The notes beneath the pieces are model-generated. The model made no database searches, was not told the DNA's origin, and was given only the letters and a program-made list of their open reading frames with translations. Shown one piece after another: positions 1 to 8,766 of a stretch of 64,000 nt of DNA (within the stretch, counting starts at the first letter, position 1; the number at the start of each line of letters is the position of its first letter). Where the stretch lies: assembly GCA_017609605.1 (NCBI GenBank), contig JAFCDO010000003.1:24470-88469 (forward strand), written 5' to 3'. The position numbers and the translations under genes were made by a program. The DNA is from Candidatus Parvarchaeota archaeon (GTDB lineage Archaea; Nanobdellota; Nanobdellia; JAAOXT01).

Positions 1-1
1 A

Positions 2-310
2 CTAGCAGGAGGATTAGGAGGACTATCCACAGCCACTGGCGAGCAAGGTTCTCAAGCAGAAGGAACAATAGGAAGCCTGCCAGGTGTAGTAACGGGAACT
101 GGATGCCCGGCAACACCGGACTGCACGCTAAAAGCTTGCCTGGGTAAATCCTGCAGTAAGGATAGCAAAACAGGACAATGTTTATCCATAGGAGTTTGTG
201 GAGGATACTCTGGAGGGGATTGTGGAAGCAATTCAGACTGCTTAATCGCAGGCCAAGAATGTGACATACCAGAAGAAGAATCAAAAGGAATTTGCAAAAC
301 CACTGTTTAA
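2..310 (+). CDS. 5'-truncated Cys-rich pilin-like/surface protein (paralog of 358..762)
   Basis: Frame 2 is open from the window start: LAGGLGGLSTATGEQGSQAEG...CLGKSCSKDSKTGQCLSIGVCGGYSGGDCGSNSDC...CKTTV, stop TAA 308-310. Cys spacing matches the next gene. Not in the ORF track. Confidence 0.8.
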   Translation, partial: LAGGLGGLSTATGEQGSQAEGTIGSLPGVVTGTGCPATPDCTLKACLGKSCSKDSKTGQCLSIGVCGGYSGGDCGSNSDCLIAGQECDIPEEESKGICKTTV

Positions 311-357
311 AACTTACAATTTTTTTATTTTTTTTTTTAAAACCAACCCAAAAAAAG

Positions 358-762
358 ATGGAATTCAATAAAATCGTGATGATAATAATCGCATTAGTAG
401 TATTAATCGCTGCGATAGTGTTCTTTACAAGCCAACAAAGCTTCCTAACACAAGGCTTCGGCTCAATATCCGGCCAATCAGCTCAAGGAAGCGAGGAAAC
501 CGCTGGCAGAGTAGGAGACATAGGCACTACTGCTTCAGGAGTTGAGAACGAGTGCGCTGACGGAAAAGACAATGACGGCGACTTCCTGATAGACTGCGAC
601 GACCCTGACTGTATTAACAGGCCGTGCAAGAGCGGAGAAGACGTGGGAAGATGCCTAGCAGACGGCAGTTGTGGTGGATGGAGAGGAGGGCCCTGCACAA
701 AAAACAGTGAATGCATTTACTCTAGTTATGAATGCGTTGACGGGGCCTGCACTTTATCATAA
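358..762 (+). CDS. Pilin-like protein with N-terminal hydrophobic helix and Cys/Asp-rich C-terminus
   Basis: MEFNKIVMIIIALVVLIAAIVFF helix; CADGKDNDGDFLIDCDDPDC Ca/metal-binding-like motif. Start moved to ATG 358. Confidence 0.75.
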   Translation: MEFNKIVMIIIALVVLIAAIVFFTSQQSFLTQGFGSISGQSAQGSEETAGRVGDIGTTASGVENECADGKDNDGDFLIDCDDPDCINRPCKSGEDVGRCLADGSCGGWRGGPCTKNSECIYSSYECVDGACTLS

Positions 763-815
763 CTCGTGATATCAGGAAAACCTTTATTTACGCGCAAAAC
801 CCTTCTACTTAAATA

Positions 816-1772
816 ATGGAGGATTGGGGAAACCTAATATTCGACTTCGCAGTTCTAGCAGTGTTTATACTAATTGTAACAGTAGTGGCTTTCGGCATAA
901 TCTCAGGACTCGGAGCTGTTTTCGCCCGCATAGCCTTCGAAAAATTCACTACAGGGATTAGCTCTGCATGCGTGAACGGATACGCGGAGATAGAGGACTT
1001 CTCACTGCCAGATGATTGGAACATAATACAAGTATATCCTGACGCTGAAAGAATGCAAGACATAATAAACGAGTTGAATGAGGAGGAAGGAATGATAGTT
1101 TTCTCCCCTTTATTTGAAGCACTAAGAAACAAAGTGCAAAGAGTAATCGACGTGACTAACACGACTGAAAACTCTTGCAACAGCCAGTTAATGGAAGGAA
1201 CGGGACAAGCCATGGGCTCGCCCTGCCTGTGCCTCATAAGAGCTCCGTCCATCTTAGACTTGAACTTAGAAAGTGACGCGTATAATTATGGTGATGTGCC
1301 CGTGCCTCTAATAACCACTAAAAACTTCAGAAACCTTAGAATCATGAGCTACGCGCCAAACCCTCTTCCTAAAATAGATTCGAACAACGGAAACGAAGTA
1401 ATTCGTTACTACATAAGCTTTCTGAAACAGGACTTCCATGACGATAAGAAAAGCGATTACGCAGTTCTGAAAAGCCTTGACACAATCTACTTTTTCACAC
1501 CAGTATCATTATTGATAGGAATTGATTCTCTTACTAAGTGGCCGTTAGTATTCATTGATAAGTTTGAGGCCTGCACGTCAATGAACTCCATGAAATGCGG
1601 AAACGCGCAACCCAACTTTTACAACAATTCAGCAATCCTTGCCATGAAAGAAGGTATGAACTTGAATCCTGTGTTCATGATAGTGGAGAACTCTCAAGCT
1701 TCACTGATCACTTTTGAAAAATCAGAGTCCTCCAGCACTTTCGAACCAGTGTACATGAGCACTCCGAGCTAG
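816..1772 (+). CDS. Membrane-anchored pilin-like hypothetical protein (paralog of 2020..3054)
   Basis: N-terminal TM helix followed by FEKFTTGISSACVNGYA; conserved Cys pattern shared with 2020..3054. Confidence 0.7.
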   Translation: MEDWGNLIFDFAVLAVFILIVTVVAFGIISGLGAVFARIAFEKFTTGISSACVNGYAEIEDFSLPDDWNIIQVYPDAERMQDIINELNEEEGMIVFSPLFEALRNKVQRVIDVTNTTENSCNSQLMEGTGQAMGSPCLCLIRAPSILDLNLESDAYNYGDVPVPLITTKNFRNLRIMSYAPNPLPKIDSNNGNEVIRYYISFLKQDFHDDKKSDYAVLKSLDTIYFFTPVSLLIGIDSLTKWPLVFIDKFEACTSMNSMKCGNAQPNFYNNSAILAMKEGMNLNPVFMIVENSQASLITFEKSESSSTFEPVYMSTPS

Positions 1773-1813
1773 AGAAGAACTTTTATTAATTCTGAACACT
1801 TTGATTTAAACCA

Positions 1814-2008
1814 ATGAAAAAGGGATCGGAAATGAGTTTTAAAATGGTTTTTACACTAATAATAATCCTGATAGTTGCGGTTGTGGTAATCTTATTCATA
1901 CTTCCGAACATTGAGTCTGGAAAAGCTAACATCGGGAACGTCACACAAGGCTCTGAAAACTTGTTAGGCAACGCTAGTGAAGGATTAACCCAAATAAAAG
2001 TGTCTTAA
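1814..2008 (+). CDS. Small class III signal peptide (type IV pilin-like) protein
   Basis: MKKG/SEMSF followed by a long hydrophobic stretch; 64 aa. Confidence 0.75.
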   Translation: MKKGSEMSFKMVFTLIIILIVAVVVILFILPNIESGKANIGNVTQGSENLLGNASEGLTQIKVS

Positions 2009-2019
2009 ACAAAAAAAAA

Positions 2020-3054
2020 ATGGCGAGAATGCTGTTATACGGAGAAATAATTAAGGACGTGCTAGTTTTAGTGTTCGTTCTCGTTGTAGGAGCAATAGTT
2101 GTTTCAGGAGGAATAAGCTTTCTTGCAGGGACTGAGGCCAGAGCTAGCTTCGCAAAATTCACTAGAGTGCTGCAAGGAGCCTGCGATAACGGTTACGCGG
2201 CGGACACGGGCTTCAAAATACCTTATGGTTACATGATAATACAAACACACCCCGAAATCGATACCTTAAAGGAAAATTACGAACAACTTCCAACAATGCA
2301 GAGCTTTTGGATATGGTCTGTTGACAAGTCCGAGCAATTAGCGCAGGAAAAACAAAAATTCGAAGGAGAAATCCAAAAATGCAATGCAAACGTTGCAGCG
2401 GGAACAGGAGGAATAATAGGTGATAACTGCGTCTGCTTAGCTAGCGTGAACACCAACACGTTCATGGACGTTCTTAACTGGATAATGAGTTTAGGCCAGA
2501 GCACCCCTCCATCAGATAACAATTTTATTTATTTTTTTGGAGGAGAACAACCCATCTTTGACCAAAACACGAAGGCAATTGATATGGTGGGAACAAAGGA
2601 TTACGCTTTCACCCCTGAAAAAAATGTTTTCGGGATTGGAAGCATGACCTACTTGGTCGTGAACAACGTTAATGGCGAAACAATATCTTACGATATTGAA
2701 GGAGTTTACGGCACGGCCTACACTGCGCTGGAAGAATTCTCAAGGGCCACGTTCTTAGCGTCTGCTTATTCCATTGCAGGAGCGTCCTGGCCAATGGACT
2801 TCCCATTCTTCAACAAAATCATAACATGCAAAAAACTGTCAGAACTGGGTTGCGAAAACCAAGGCGCACCAGCCATAATAGGACTCAAAAACCCGTCGAA
2901 CCCGTCACAAGCATTCATACCAATTCTCATGGGTTGGAGTGAAACCAGCGCGGACGTGATAAGCGCAACCCAAAACGAAAAAGCATACCAAACAGTGAAT
3001 AGCAACGAAGAAAGAGTCTTTCACCCAATATTCATCAAAGCAGTAGGAGGATAA
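2020..3054 (+). CDS. Membrane-anchored pilin-like hypothetical protein
   Basis: N-terminal TM helix; FAKFTRVLQGACDNGYA and CVCL motifs paralogous to 816..1772. Confidence 0.7.
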   Translation: MARMLLYGEIIKDVLVLVFVLVVGAIVVSGGISFLAGTEARASFAKFTRVLQGACDNGYAADTGFKIPYGYMIIQTHPEIDTLKENYEQLPTMQSFWIWSVDKSEQLAQEKQKFEGEIQKCNANVAAGTGGIIGDNCVCLASVNTNTFMDVLNWIMSLGQSTPPSDNNFIYFFGGEQPIFDQNTKAIDMVGTKDYAFTPEKNVFGIGSMTYLVVNNVNGETISYDIEGVYGTAYTALEEFSRATFLASAYSIAGASWPMDFPFFNKIITCKKLSELGCENQGAPAIIGLKNPSNPSQAFIPILMGWSETSADVISATQNEKAYQTVNSNEERVFHPIFIKAVGG

Positions 3055-3060
3055 AAACTT

Positions 3061-4851
3061 TTGGCGTCAATAGAAACCGTAGGAGCACTGGTCGCAGCAG
3101 CAATACTAGTGGTGGGGTCAGCGTTCGTCGTTCAAAGAATGATGGCGCCAAGCTTTGACATGGGAAAAAAAATGGCTCTGCTCGTTTACGATGTTGCATC
3201 CTTAAGAGAAGCTTGCACAGCCGTCCCGGACAATGTTTACGTGCTGTACTACGGCACGCCCGACTGCAAATGGGAACAAGGAATTTATTATTGCCAAGGA
3301 GAAGAAATCAACATAACCGCGCTAAGATTGGATCCAGCTTTCGTTAAAACCCGTCCGGCCCCCTGCACCCAAAGCGTGAACACGCTTGCCTACGAGTCCA
3401 TGAAAGTCGAGTACACTGTTGACGAGGAAAAGAGAAGCCAAAGCTTCCCAACAAGCCAGCACTTCACAGACTTCGCTGAAGAAAAAGCCCTTGAAAGACA
3501 AAGCATTCCATTATACATTCAACCAAGAACAGATTCTGTTCTCATCTCCAAACAAAGAAGAACTTTTTACGATTCGTTGACAAGTGGACTGTTCTTTGAT
3601 AAGGAGGGCACGACGCCCGTAATCATTGCAGAAGACGTGGGGATGATAAGGTTATTACAGGATGTGATGAGTGTTTACGCGCAAATGGAGAACAGCGTGT
3701 TTACTAATAAAACAACAAGCCTCAGCTTAACTCCAGGGTTTAGAATAGAATTTTCCGACACGTTAGAAAACTCTTACCTCCCTCCATGCACTGGCTTGAC
3801 AAATCCCGAAAAATTGTTGGAAATAGGGACTGGCACAGTTAAAAGATGCTACTGCGATGATTGCACTGATAATGAGTATTGTAAACAAGTGTCAAGTTCA
3901 TACGAATGCGTGTCCTGTACTTATAATCCTATCAACCCTTCAGAACCAGGAAGCGAGGAGGGATGCCCTGAAACTTATTACTGCGGACAGGACGGTTACT
4001 GCCATGATGAAACACTGGTGATTTGTCAGCAAAAACAAATTGTGAGTCCGAAGGGACTTTTCACGTGGGTCGAACAAGAAGGCGAATCAACCGCTGAAAC
4101 TTCTTTAAAAAACGCGAACGAAAACCTTCCACTCTCAAACATTGCATACTCAATTGGCAACGTCAAAACATTTTACCCAGAGTCAGAAAGTGTGGAAGGC
4201 ATGACTTCAAGATTAATCCCAGTAGAGTACACCAGTCCAGAAACCCAAACAATATCCGAACAACCATTAGTGAGATACGAGCACGGGTTCCCTGAATCAG
4301 GATGGGTCAACGAGATCTGCGTGAACTTGAAAAAAGACGTGACGAGCAAAGGGTTCGAATTAATGATTGATGTCCCACACGTAATAACAGCAATTTATTC
4401 GTGGAGTGACTGGTGCACGACTCTAGATGTGTCCTTGGATTACGAGGTGTGCGCTGACAGTAAGGGAACTTTAACCCATGATGATGATGGAATAATCCTG
4501 ACATCCCAAGAAAACTGTGTTGTCACGCACTACCCTTCCTGCGACGGAAGCGTGAATGAAGAAGACGACCCGCGCAAAGGATGCGTTTCAAAAACGTTTG
4601 ATGACATCAACACAAACAATTGTTGCTTAGAAACCGGCGAGTGCGGGCCATGCATTCCAAAACACGATTCCTGCGAGCAACCAAACTGTTTTTGCCAAGA
4701 CTTCAACCAATGCAAGCAATGCACTCACGACTCGGGAGACCCGAAGAGTTTAGGTGATGAAGCAGGCTGTCCGATAAGCTATTGTTGCGGGCCAGACGGT
4801 TACTGCACTGACAACACAGATTTCTGCAATTGGGTGGGGGTGGGGACGTAA
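3061..4851 (+). CDS. Cys-rich pilin-like/surface protein with internal repeat
   Basis: TTG start; MASIE (+5 Glu) plus hydrophobic helix; two copies of a CxxC...GCPxxYxCGxDGYCxD module. Confidence 0.7.
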   Translation: MASIETVGALVAAAILVVGSAFVVQRMMAPSFDMGKKMALLVYDVASLREACTAVPDNVYVLYYGTPDCKWEQGIYYCQGEEINITALRLDPAFVKTRPAPCTQSVNTLAYESMKVEYTVDEEKRSQSFPTSQHFTDFAEEKALERQSIPLYIQPRTDSVLISKQRRTFYDSLTSGLFFDKEGTTPVIIAEDVGMIRLLQDVMSVYAQMENSVFTNKTTSLSLTPGFRIEFSDTLENSYLPPCTGLTNPEKLLEIGTGTVKRCYCDDCTDNEYCKQVSSSYECVSCTYNPINPSEPGSEEGCPETYYCGQDGYCHDETLVICQQKQIVSPKGLFTWVEQEGESTAETSLKNANENLPLSNIAYSIGNVKTFYPESESVEGMTSRLIPVEYTSPETQTISEQPLVRYEHGFPESGWVNEICVNLKKDVTSKGFELMIDVPHVITAIYSWSDWCTTLDVSLDYEVCADSKGTLTHDDDGIILTSQENCVVTHYPSCDGSVNEEDDPRKGCVSKTFDDINTNNCCLETGECGPCIPKHDSCEQPNCFCQDFNQCKQCTHDSGDPKSLGDEAGCPISYCCGPDGYCTDNTDFCNWVGVGT

Positions 4852-5714
4852 TGGCGGATTTCAGCTTGAAAGGACCTATATACATGCTCTGGCTAGTCTT
4901 ATTGTTCTTTATAGTAGTCATCACTTTAGTGTTCAAAGTTCAAAACATTGGATTCAGCATTGACTCGCTTCAAAGCGAAACCCGATTCCTCGTGTTCTCC
5001 AGAAAAATGCTTTCCAGCGCTGACTGCCTGGCATTCGAACAAAAAGACATTCTGATAACGGACGAGCCAGACTACAACGTGTACTACAAGCAAAGAATCT
5101 ACCCAGGAGTGCTGGACGCTTACAAACTCGAAAACTGGAAGAACATGGAATGCATAAAACAAGACGATCCTGAAATAAGTCTTGGAGGAAGAGCTTACAA
5201 CCCGTTTGAAAGACCTGTCATCCTATACTCTATCGTTGTTCAAGACGTTGAAAACGATAACACGTGGTTCTTCACCAAAACACACGACAGGTCATACTTC
5301 ATACCATCCTACCCTAACGCTGATTCCACGAGTTATAGGGGGGTGCCTTGTATGTGGGCCACTCCGTGCAATTCAAGCCTCGGGGACAAAGTCTATCAAT
5401 ACAGTTATCCGGTGTTCATTGTTTACCAAGACAAGCAAACAGGAGACCAGGTCAAGCACTTAGGAAGATTCTTCGGCAAATTCTGCGAAGCGTCACCATC
5501 ACCACAAATAGTGAACGCGTACATAGCCTGGAACATTGACCCTAACTGGGAGTGCGGTGAACATGAACTGATAAGAAGCTTGCTGTTCGGCTGGAAATAC
5601 TGCGGGGAAAGCTCGCCCAACCCAGATAACTTCCGCTGGGACTTATACGACTGCGTGCAATACTACACTGCAGAAGAACTTGGGGAAACAACACAATTCG
5701 AGGTGCAAGTATGA
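4851..5714 (+). CDS. Pilin-like hypothetical membrane-anchored protein
   Basis: ATG 4851 overlaps the TAA of the previous gene; N-terminal hydrophobic helix, then LSSADCLAF. Confidence 0.7.
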   Translation: MADFSLKGPIYMLWLVLLFFIVVITLVFKVQNIGFSIDSLQSETRFLVFSRKMLSSADCLAFEQKDILITDEPDYNVYYKQRIYPGVLDAYKLENWKNMECIKQDDPEISLGGRAYNPFERPVILYSIVVQDVENDNTWFFTKTHDRSYFIPSYPNADSTSYRGVPCMWATPCNSSLGDKVYQYSYPVFIVYQDKQTGDQVKHLGRFFGKFCEASPSPQIVNAYIAWNIDPNWECGEHELIRSLLFGWKYCGESSPNPDNFRWDLYDCVQYYTAEELGETTQFEVQV

Positions 5715-6184
5715 AAAAAGGAGACTTCACAGGAGTAGGCGTGGTAATAAGCACGCTAATCATAATGGGACTGCTTTTAGTGATGTCCATGTTCGTGGAC
5801 TCTGTTAGCATGCAAGCAATACTCTCAATAAAAGACGCTGAAACCAGCAGTATGTGCACAAACCTTCTTGAAAACCTTGTGAGCAGCGACTACTCAAAAA
5901 CAGGAATGACTCCGGACACATTCCTCAAACAAAAATACCAAAGTCTTTACAACAGGTCAGCGTCATACTTCGCGTTCCAAGAAGAACTTGAAAGAAACCC
6001 AGGGTTTGAGCAAAGCGTGGGAATGCACGTTCGCTTCGGCTCAAGCTCAGAGCTAAGAAGCATAATCAGCGATGAAGCCACCCAAAAATACGCGCTACAA
6101 TGCTTCATAAAAGTTTACTCGCCCTCAGGCGAGCCAACAATAGTTATGATGTTCAAAAAACAAGGGGTGACGTTCACGCCATGA
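5711..6184 (+). CDS. Class III signal peptide (pilin-like) protein
   Basis: MKKG/DF plus hydrophobic helix; ATGA overlaps at both ends. Confidence 0.75.
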   Translation: MKKGDFTGVGVVISTLIIMGLLLVMSMFVDSVSMQAILSIKDAETSSMCTNLLENLVSSDYSKTGMTPDTFLKQKYQSLYNRSASYFAFQEELERNPGFEQSVGMHVRFGSSSELRSIISDEATQKYALQCFIKVYSPSGEPTIVMMFKKQGVTFTP

Positions 6185-8766
6185 AAAAAGCCCAATCCCT
6201 AGCTTACATACTTGTAACAATATCAATATTGTCGCTAGCAGCGTTCGGGATGGGCTACATTGCGATAAGAGCTTCCTCAGAATCAGCCCTGCCTTTTTAT
6301 AGAACACAAATAGTTCAGACAGCCCAAACAGCGGAAAACATCAAATTCCTACTGGACAGGGAAAGAAGATACACGTTCGAAAAAATAATTTACCAAATAG
6401 GGAGTAGGGGTGGTTACGGAGGAAACCAAAGCCAAATAAGAGACCAGGAATGCGGTTACTTAGACACACTCCCAAAACACAATTACATGCCAGAAAAAAT
6501 AGTGCCTTACTGGTACAACGCGTCCTCTAACCCCACTTTCTGCATTCCGGAATTCACGTCAATACTCAATAACATAACACTTATAGCTGAAAGATTCTCA
6601 GCCACGCCAGACCAGAACTTCCTAAACAGTCTAGAAATAGTTTACGGACTGGACTTCAACGTGAAATACGTTTACCAACTGGCGTCGTGCGGAGTGAAAA
6701 ACAGCGACATTGGAGGAGACCTGTGCCCATCATCAGATAGGAATTACTTTGAAAATCAATGGTTCATAGTGGGCGACGACAAGATAAGACTTCTTGGCGC
6801 GAGCTACCAAGGCAAGCCATCCGTCAGCTACACTGCCACAACCCTCGTGCACAACGTGGTGGAGAACAAATTCCCAAGCCTTTACGAAGAAGCCAAAAAC
6901 TTTGTCTTAAACAAAGACTACGAAACCATGGCCAAACAACAACTCAACAAATACTCAATCATCACGCACAACGAAACCTGCGCTTACAGTATAGACCAAA
7001 CAGGAACGTACTCGGCGGACACGAGCTACGGAGAGGAAGTAAACCCGGACTCGACGATAACAGGGTTTGACGAGGATAGGCAGTGCACAGGCTCTTACTC
7101 AAGCGGGATGAACGATGTTCACGTGCTAAAACAAAGATTCGCTTTCAACACCGAAAACTACAATGAAACAAGTCGAGACTGTGGTGGTGATAACTGCAAA
7201 ACCACGATGGTCAGCATGTGCGTTGACGGTGAATGGACGGGTTGCGTTCCAGGAATCAAGAAAAGCGTTGGGGAATTTGTTTGGTATGAGACCCCTAATC
7301 CAGAGTTCAGCACACAAAACCCGACGTGCAAGATAAAAAGCAGAGAACCAATGCGTACAGGGACTTGTTCAGGAGAGGAACCTGTGAACTGTAGTGCAAC
7401 CTGTTTTTATGATGCTTCCCGAGTGGAAAAAATGATTCTTGACGAGTTCAACTCTGAAAGAGGCCTTGCAGCATCGCATGACGGGTACAACTACACGTTC
7501 ACGGACAACGAAGCCAGCATTGATTACGTTGACACAGGGGGTGACGAGGGCCCTTACACTTACGCCATGGAAACGTACAACACCTCATGCGTTCCCTGCG
7601 ATCCCAGAGATATGTTAGATGATTGGTCTTTAATCAAAATAGACTCTGACGGCACGATAGATTGGGATAACACGGATAGGCAGAGAGTCAGAGACTTCTA
7701 CGATGATGTTTGGAATGATGGTAACAACGATTTGGAAGAAGCCCCGCCGTACTCTGACAAAAAAGTTCAAACCCTGACAAGATTCGACGACGAATTTGAA
7801 AACCAGTTGTTTAAAGCTTACGGCGCGCTTTCAGGGAAAATAAAAGGTTATTACTCTTTCAACGACCAACTAATACAAGCAAGTGCTTGCCAAAGCGTAG
7901 GAGCTTATTTCGACTTGTCCGAGCACTTCGCAAGACAACAAGCAATAAGATGGTTTATTAGAAATTACGATACTAATAACAATCAAATAGGAGGAACTGA
8001 ACAGCCCAGTAGTTATAACGATAAAATTAGGTTGGGATTAACGTTTCCTGAAGGAAGTAATTACGCCAGAACTGATGTGACTGCATGCGTGACCGCAAAC
8101 TATGTTTCAGGCAGTCCTCCGAGCACAACGCAAAACGTTGACAACCCTCAAACCCGGCACACGAACTGCACTACTATGAGCATTACGCTTGACGCCAAAC
8201 CCGTTCCAACCGCGGTAATATCACCAATTGGTAAAATATTGTACCCCGGTGGGTGGTGGTGTGGAGGTATAACTTGGGTGGATTCAGTGAATTATTGGTT
8301 AAACGCTCAAGGATCAAGCCAAAAAATAAATCTCGATTCGCAATGCGGGATACCTGAAACTGATTGTGATTATCACTGGCAAGTTAAGAACAGAGATGGA
8401 GACATTATTTACCCTTCACCTTCTTCGCCAACCGAAAACCCAAGGGATTTAATCACGTTTGTGGAACACGATACTGATTGTACGCAGGGATACCCTGAAT
8501 CAAGTATAAACGTGAAATTAACGGTTATTTGCACGCACAGCTCAGGGTTCACCACTAGCGCGGTAACCCAAACAACCTTTGGTTATAATAATATAAATGT
8601 TTGCGAACAAACAGGGTACTGTTGCGCTAACTGCGCTGCCGGAACATTCATATCTCTTTTTAACCCAGCGACACAAAACTGTTGCTCTGGAACAGATATT
8701 CTTGGAAACGAATACTTTGTGGTACGCGGTTCTTGTTGGGGGCTGGAGGTGAACCGCTGTGGATAA
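6181..8766 (+). CDS. Large class III signal peptide protein, Cys-rich, with C-terminal PKD/Ig-like domain (candidate pilus adhesin)
   Basis: MKKA/QSL plus hydrophobic helix at ATG 6181; PTAVISP...YHWQV...VKLTV PKD-like pattern; Cys-rich tail. Confidence 0.7.
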   Translation: MKKAQSLAYILVTISILSLAAFGMGYIAIRASSESALPFYRTQIVQTAQTAENIKFLLDRERRYTFEKIIYQIGSRGGYGGNQSQIRDQECGYLDTLPKHNYMPEKIVPYWYNASSNPTFCIPEFTSILNNITLIAERFSATPDQNFLNSLEIVYGLDFNVKYVYQLASCGVKNSDIGGDLCPSSDRNYFENQWFIVGDDKIRLLGASYQGKPSVSYTATTLVHNVVENKFPSLYEEAKNFVLNKDYETMAKQQLNKYSIITHNETCAYSIDQTGTYSADTSYGEEVNPDSTITGFDEDRQCTGSYSSGMNDVHVLKQRFAFNTENYNETSRDCGGDNCKTTMVSMCVDGEWTGCVPGIKKSVGEFVWYETPNPEFSTQNPTCKIKSREPMRTGTCSGEEPVNCSATCFYDASRVEKMILDEFNSERGLAASHDGYNYTFTDNEASIDYVDTGGDEGPYTYAMETYNTSCVPCDPRDMLDDWSLIKIDSDGTIDWDNTDRQRVRDFYDDVWNDGNNDLEEAPPYSDKKVQTLTRFDDEFENQLFKAYGALSGKIKGYYSFNDQLIQASACQSVGAYFDLSEHFARQQAIRWFIRNYDTNNNQIGGTEQPSSYNDKIRLGLTFPEGSNYARTDVTACVTANYVSGSPPSTTQNVDNPQTRHTNCTTMSITLDAKPVPTAVISPIGKILYPGGWWCGGITWVDSVNYWLNAQGSSQKINLDSQCGIPETDCDYHWQVKNRDGDIIYPSPSSPTENPRDLITFVEHDTDCTQGYPESSINVKLTVICTHSSGFTTSAVTQTTFGYNNINVCEQTGYCCANCAAGTFISLFNPATQNCCSGTDILGNEYFVVRGSCWGLEVNRCG

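Noticed and set aside
4832..4845. G-quadruplex-like GGGTGGGGGTGGGG
   Set aside because: Only three G-runs; more simply coding sequence plus an SD-like motif before ATG 4851.
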